Shown in pieces: positions 7,928 to 12,702 of a stretch of DNA of 12,702 nucleotides. A model generated the notes under the pieces. It worked only from the letters and a program-made list of their open reading frames with translations, was not told the origin of the DNA and did no database searches. A program made the translations under genes and the position numbers. Position 1 is the first letter of the stretch. Every line of letters starts with the position of its first letter. This DNA comes from Promethearchaeota archaeon (GTDB lineage Archaea; Asgardarchaeota; Lokiarchaeia; Sigyniarchaeales; SOKP01): NCBI GenBank assembly GCA_016839765.1, contig JAEOTP010000092.1:1-12702 (forward strand). Reading direction: 5' to 3'.

Positions 7928-10366
7928 TTGACTTCAGAACAGATTGAAGAGATTTTATTAAAAGAGGAAATGAAAAGTAGTTATATCGATTATGCTATGA
8001 GCGTGGTCGTTGGACGTGCAATCCCGGATGTCAGGGATGGCTTGAAGCCGGTTCATAGGCGTATTATTTACGCAATGGCGACAAACAATTGGTATTATAC
8101 AAGTTCTCATGTTAAATGCGCTAAAATTGTGGGTGAAACACTAGGAAATTATCATCCTCATGGTGATATGGCTGTGTATAATGCTTTAGTGAGAATGGGA
8201 CAAGATTTCTCATTAAGATATCCTTTAATCCATCCACAGGGGAATTTTGGGTCTATTGATGGAGATCCACCAGCTGCTTATAGGTATACTGAAGCGAGAT
8301 TATCACTGATATCAAATGAGTTAATTGAAGATATAGATAAAGAGACTGTGGAGTTTCAACCTAATTTTGATAATAGTATTTCTGAACCAACATATTTACC
8401 CGCAAAGCTTCCTAATATGTTATTAAATGGTACTAAAGGAATTGCCGTAGGAATGGCAACCTCTATGCCACCTCATAATTTAAGAGAGGTTTGTAATGGA
8501 ATAATAGCAACTATTAATGATCCTGAAATTTCTATAGAAGAATTAATGGAAATCATAAAGGGTCCTGATTTTCCAACAAGTGGAATTATTACTGATACAA
8601 ATGGTATCTATAATGCATATACTACTGGAATGGGAACGATAAATATTAGTGGAAAGGTGGAGACTGAAACGAAAGGAAATAAAACTAGCTTAATAATTAC
8701 AGAAATTCCTTACTTAGTTAATAAGACAGACCTGATTGAATCTATAGCTAGACTAATTAAAGAAGGAGTCCTTAAAGATGTTAGAGATTTGCGTGATGAA
8801 TCCGATAGAAAAGGTATGCGCATTGTTTTGGATTTATCTAAAAATGCTCAACCAGCTATCATAAAAAATATCCTTTTTAAAAGAACTAGACTTTTAACGA
8901 CTTTTAACACAACTAACCTAGTTTTAATTAATGAGGGAAAACAACCAAAAATTCTCAATTTAAAAGAGATTATTAATGAATACATTGAACATCGTTTAAT
9001 TATCATTTATAAAAGAACCGAATATCTTCTTAAGAAAGCAAAAGATCGCCTTCATAGAGTAGAAGGGCTTTTAATTGCATTAAACGATATAGATAATGTT
9101 ATAAATATAATTAAAAATTCGAAGGATACTAATGAAGCAAAAGGAAAGTTAAAAACAACTTATACGTTAAGTGATATTCAAGTTCAATCAATATTGAGTA
9201 TGCCATTATCACGATTAACGAATTTAGAACAACAAAAGTTAGTTGATGAACAAAAATCACTACAATCCAGTATTAAGGAATATAATAAAATTCTAAAAGA
9301 AAGGGAAATCCGTTTAGACATAATTAAAAACGATTTAATTGAATTAGAGAAGAAATATGGAGATGATAGAAAGACTGAAATTAAAATGGTTGAACATCAC
9401 CAACTAAAAGAAATTGAAAGGAAAGATTTGATAAAAAAAGAACCAACAATTGTCATTTTTACTAAAAATCAATATATTAAACGAATCTCACTAGAAGAAT
9501 ATCAAGCTCAAAGACGGGGAGGTCGTGGAAAAAAAGGTATGACCGTACGCGAAGAAGATTTTATTACCGATTTATTTGTAGGCTCTACCCATGATACAAT
9601 TTTAATATTTACATCAAAGGGTAGAGTATATTCTATTAAATGTTATGATATTCCTTTACAAAAGAGAACAGCTAGGGGTAAACCGATTATAAATTTAATT
9701 CCTTTACAAGAGGGAGAAAAGATAGCTGATATGATTCCTATAAATAATTTCAATACAAATGAAATGTTAATAATGACGACTAAAAATGGAATTATCAAAA
9801 AGACACCTTTAAAAGATTTTTCTAAATTTAGAACTACAGGTGTTAAAGCTCAGAGGATCCGTGCGGATGATGAATTAGTAAGCGTTAAAAGGCTTTCAAA
9901 TGAATTACAAGATATATTTATAGCCACAAAATTAGGTTATGCTGTTAGATTTGATGAATCAGAATTACGAGAGTTAGGGAAATATTCGATGGGAGTTAAA
10001 GGAGCGGAATTAAGAGAAGATGATAAAGTTATTGATACTCTTTTAGTAACTAATGATGAAATTATTCTAACCTTGACCGAAAATGCCTACGGTCAAAGAA
10101 CACCAGTTAAAGAGTATCGAAAAACTGGTAGAGGGGCCAAAGGAGTAAAAAATATCACACTAGATCATTCTAAAAATGATCGGGTTATTGCAATCAAAAT
10201 AGCTAAGCATATGGACATTTTAATCGGAACAGAACAAGGGCAAATGATAAGGGTTCCTGTAGATTCTATTCGGATTACCCATAGGAAGGCAAAAGGAGTT
10301 AGAGTAATAAAGCTATATGAAGGAGATTCTGTAGTCGCTATTGGGAAATGTGAAAAGGAACATTAG
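7928..10366 (+). CDS. gyrA: DNA gyrase subunit A
   Basis: TTG start with SD-like AGGTG upstream; DYAMSV, PDVRDGLKPVHRR, YHPHGD, catalytic AAYRYTEAR, GPDFPT; GyrA-box QRRGGRG at 9509-9529; C-terminal beta-pinwheel repeats. Confidence 0.97.
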   Translation: MTSEQIEEILLKEEMKSSYIDYAMSVVVGRAIPDVRDGLKPVHRRIIYAMATNNWYYTSSHVKCAKIVGETLGNYHPHGDMAVYNALVRMGQDFSLRYPLIHPQGNFGSIDGDPPAAYRYTEARLSLISNELIEDIDKETVEFQPNFDNSISEPTYLPAKLPNMLLNGTKGIAVGMATSMPPHNLREVCNGIIATINDPEISIEELMEIIKGPDFPTSGIITDTNGIYNAYTTGMGTINISGKVETETKGNKTSLIITEIPYLVNKTDLIESIARLIKEGVLKDVRDLRDESDRKGMRIVLDLSKNAQPAIIKNILFKRTRLLTTFNTTNLVLINEGKQPKILNLKEIINEYIEHRLIIIYKRTEYLLKKAKDRLHRVEGLLIALNDIDNVINIIKNSKDTNEAKGKLKTTYTLSDIQVQSILSMPLSRLTNLEQQKLVDEQKSLQSSIKEYNKILKEREIRLDIIKNDLIELEKKYGDDRKTEIKMVEHHQLKEIERKDLIKKEPTIVIFTKNQYIKRISLEEYQAQRRGGRGKKGMTVREEDFITDLFVGSTHDTILIFTSKGRVYSIKCYDIPLQKRTARGKPIINLIPLQEGEKIADMIPINNFNTNEMLIMTTKNGIIKKTPLKDFSKFRTTGVKAQRIRADDELVSVKRLSNELQDIFIATKLGYAVRFDESELRELGKYSMGVKGAELREDDKVIDTLLVTNDEIILTLTENAYGQRTPVKEYRKTGRGAKGVKNITLDHSKNDRVIAIKIAKHMDILIGTEQGQMIRVPVDSIRITHRKAKGVRVIKLYEGDSVVAIGKCEKEH

Positions 10367-10400
10367 TTTATTTTTAATTTGAGAAAGTTAATTATTTAGA

Positions 10401-10757
10401 TTATTCTTTAAGATAAGGAATAAGGCATAAAAAAACTAAATTTTCAGATCCAGAATTATTTATTCCATGCTTTTCATTTGGAGGAATATAAACAACATCC
10501 CCCGGATTTACTATTTCTTCTTGTCCTGAATCATTATAAAAAACTCCATTTCCGGTTAATATATAAATTTCATGATCTTGAACATGACCATGTAATGGTA
10601 CTTTAGCACCTGGTTTAATTTCAAACCTCCTCATAGCAAAATTTATAGCCCCATCATTTTCATCTATTAGCCATCTGACATATACATCTTTAACTGGGGT
10701 TCCATCTGTTAATGTTGCTGATTTATTTTCTACATCTTTAAAATACTTTTTCAACAT
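10401..10757 (-). CDS. Cupin-domain metalloprotein (TM1459-like, 4-His site)
   Basis: VRWLIDENDGAINFAMRRFEIKPG, HGHVQDHE (H-x-H-x3-H-E), PGDVVYIPPNEKH and FLCLIP. Confidence 0.88.
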   Translation of the reverse strand: MLKKYFKDVENKSATLTDGTPVKDVYVRWLIDENDGAINFAMRRFEIKPGAKVPLHGHVQDHEIYILTGNGVFYNDSGQEEIVNPGDVVYIPPNEKHGINNSGSENLVFLCLIPYLKE

Positions 10758-10824
10758 AACTTAAATAGTATATAATCTAATAAAACCATATCTTATATTA
10801 AAAATAAAAATAAATCGATAAATT
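10758..10824. promoter_or_regulatory. Compact bidirectional promoter region for the cupin and GIFT-RHH genes
   Basis: 67 bp separate the divergent ATGs. TATA-like CTTATATTAAAA at 10792-10803 lies about 22-33 nt upstream of the ATG at 10825. Confidence 0.45.
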
Positions 10825-11754
10825 ATGAGTACTGAATTTAATATTGGTTTTGATTATTCACATAAGAATAAATTTGTAATTGAAGATCCAGCTTTTAACG
10901 ATTTTGTTGAGTTTCTTTTTAATTCTGACCTTAAATTGGGAAAGATTGAGGGAGGTATAACATATCAAAAACTATCAAAATATAATATTTTTATAATTGG
11001 TGTGCCTATTGCTCAATCTTTCTTGAGTAATGAGGAAATTGAGGACTTGGTAGGCTATGTTAAGGATGGAGGCTCTTTATTAATCTTAAATGACAAGGGT
11101 GGAGATTTGGCAAATAAAAATAATCTTTCTGATTTAACAAAGTATTTTGGAGTTAAATTCAATTCAGATCAATTATTTGATAATGAATCTTTTTCGAAAG
11201 ATAATTCTCGTCCAATTATCAAAAAGTTTAAACCACATTTTCTTACTCGTGATATTACCCAAATTATCCATTCTAATGGTTGTACTCTGGAAGTTATTAA
11301 AGAAATTGATGACAAGGACCTAGATGTTATCACGATAGCTTTTTCCTCTGAGGACTCTGCCTGGCATAAAACCTTTACTGGAGAGGAATGGTTTGATGAA
11401 CCTGTTCAGAAAACTCCTATTATTACTGCTGCACATTATGGGCTTGGTAAAGTTGTAGTATTAGGAAATTTATCCCTCTTTTCAAGCTTCCATGACGCTT
11501 ATGGTATCCATGCAGCAGACAATTTTAAACTAATCTCAAATATTATTTCATGGCTTATGAATAAAGCTTATTCAGAACAAGCTCAATTAACCCAGCCAAT
11601 TTATACTACAATTCCAATTGAACAAGATGTATATTATTGGATTAAAGGAAAGATTGATGAAGGAAGATGGAAAAACATTGAAGAAGTTATTAATTTTGCA
11701 TTAAAAGTTGTAAAATTTAGAATGAGAAAACAAGAAAACATAGAAGAGGAATAA
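10825..11754 (+). CDS. GIFT/GATase-like (IFT52-N/GldG/DUF4350-type) domain protein with a C-terminal ribbon-helix-helix-like domain
   Basis: IGFDYSH start, ITYQKLSKYNIFIIGVP, EEIEDLVGYVKDGGSLLIL..KGG, LTKYFGVKFNSD, GCTL, GLGKVVVLGNLSLFS and DNFKLISNIISWL fit the GIFT pattern. The tail YTTIPIEQDVYYWIKGKIDEGRWKNIEEVINFALK fits a CopG/ParD-type RHH pattern. No signal peptide or transmembrane segment visible. The gene itself is secure; the domain calls are by eye. Confidence 0.7.
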   Translation: MSTEFNIGFDYSHKNKFVIEDPAFNDFVEFLFNSDLKLGKIEGGITYQKLSKYNIFIIGVPIAQSFLSNEEIEDLVGYVKDGGSLLILNDKGGDLANKNNLSDLTKYFGVKFNSDQLFDNESFSKDNSRPIIKKFKPHFLTRDITQIIHSNGCTLEVIKEIDDKDLDVITIAFSSEDSAWHKTFTGEEWFDEPVQKTPIITAAHYGLGKVVVLGNLSLFSSFHDAYGIHAADNFKLISNIISWLMNKAYSEQAQLTQPIYTTIPIEQDVYYWIKGKIDEGRWKNIEEVINFALKVVKFRMRKQENIEEE

Positions 11755-11798
11755 AACTAGTTTGAGCTTAAACCTAATTAGATAATGAGGGTAAAGAT

Positions 11799-12341
11799 TT
11801 GATCAAAACAGACAAAATTGAATTGCTAATTGGAGTTCTCTCAGATACTCATGTTCCTCATAGAGCCTCCTCAATACCAGAAAAGGTTTTAGATGATTTC
11901 AAAAGGAGAAATGTTGACTTTGTTTTTCATTTAGGAGATTTTACTACTCTTGAGGCTTATGAAACGCTTATTAATATTTTTGGTAAAAATAAAGTTATCG
12001 CTATTCATGGAAATATGGATTTTGACCCGAAATTGAGAAAAATATTGCCTGATAAGTTGGAATTGGAAATTTTTGGTCATAAAATTCTACTGATTCATGG
12101 AATGGGAGGCCCTAATATGATAGTTAAACGTTTGATTAAAAAGTTAGCTCTTCCTAACTCTGATTATGATGTTATTATCTTTGGCCATACTCATAGACCA
12201 GTTAATGAAAAAAAGAATAATATATTATTTTTTAACCCTGGAACTACCACACCTATCGATAATAGGCTAACAGTAATAAGCTCCTATGGTTACCTGAAAA
12301 TTTCTAAAAATAATGTGGAGCCAGAAATAATCTACTTATAA
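11799..12341 (+). CDS. Calcineurin-like metallophosphoesterase, YfcE/MJ0936/Vps29 family
   Basis: TTG start with GAGGG 7 nt upstream (11787-11791). Complete motif set: SDTH, LGD, GNMD, IHG, GHTH and NPG. Confidence 0.9.
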   Translation: MIKTDKIELLIGVLSDTHVPHRASSIPEKVLDDFKRRNVDFVFHLGDFTTLEAYETLINIFGKNKVIAIHGNMDFDPKLRKILPDKLELEIFGHKILLIHGMGGPNMIVKRLIKKLALPNSDYDVIIFGHTHRPVNEKKNNILFFNPGTTTPIDNRLTVISSYGYLKISKNNVEPEIIYL

Positions 12342-12390
12342 AGAATAAGAATTACAATTAAAGATTAAATTTTTAAAAAAAAGCTTGTAT

Positions 12391-12702
12391 CTAAAAACCT
12401 TCCATAGGTTTTCCTGAAAGTTTTTTATAATGATTCAACACTGCTTGACGAGAGGCATACACAAATGCTCTTTTTACATTAACTCCTTGAATCGCGATGG
12501 TTTCATATACCAAGCAATGGCTGAGCTTAGCAGTGTCTAACACCTGTCTGATTTTAGAGATTTCAATTATTTCATCTAAGTCCCTCTTATTAGCCAATAA
12601 AACTATCGGGACTTCAGGGGGTTCAAACTGGGCTGGTGGTTGGAGTTTATCACCGTAGAATTTTAATAACTCTTTAAGAGACCAGATATTCTCTTGCCAT
12701 TG
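12391..12702 (-). CDS. Small GTPase (MglA/Arf-like), C-terminal part; starts beyond the right edge of the window
   Basis: The frame is open to the window edge: QWQENIWSLKELLKFYGDKLQPPAQFEPPEVPIVLLANKRDL...VYETIAIQGVNVKRAF... It contains G4 (NKRD), a G5-like ETIA and the final helix. G1-G3 lie outside the window. Confidence 0.8.
   Translation of the reverse strand, partial: QWQENIWSLKELLKFYGDKLQPPAQFEPPEVPIVLLANKRDLDEIIEISKIRQVLDTAKLSHCLVYETIAIQGVNVKRAFVYASRQAVLNHYKKLSGKPMEGF

Noticed and set aside
12391-12597. 68-aa ORF as an independent small protein starting at TTG
   Set aside because: The frame is open upstream to the window edge and the TTG falls within the G4 strand of a GTPase.

Overview
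AT-rich, gene-dense prokaryotic window of mostly housekeeping genes. It is most consistent with an archaeon, probably Asgard/Lokiarchaeia-like. That is an inference from the pyruvoyl arginine decarboxylase, DHS-family genes, archaeal-type DHPS, many ATG starts with a TATA-like box about 25-30 nt upstream and no SD, a Vps29-like protein and an MglA/Arf-like GTPase. Gene order: partial asnS (-); pdaD (-) head-to-head with two tandem deoxyhypusine-synthase-family paralogs (+,+); a CofE-family ligase (-) head-to-head with folP (+); gyrB-gyrA (+,+); a TM1459-like cupin (-) head-to-head with a GIFT (IFT52-like) domain/ribbon-helix-helix fusion (+); a Vps29/YfcE-type metallophosphoesterase (+); and the 3' part of a small GTPase (-). 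No RNA genes, CRISPR arrays or mobile elements were recognised. Best leads: (1) the arginine decarboxylase plus two non-canonical DHS paralogs, a possible agmatine-using or heteromeric system; (2) the soluble GIFT-RHH, Vps29-like and small GTPase cluster, made of prokaryotic relatives of eukaryotic trafficking proteins; (3) CofE-like plus folP as a FolC-independent folate/pterin module; (4) an unusual gyrase. All family assignments come from motif recognition from memory; no searches were run.
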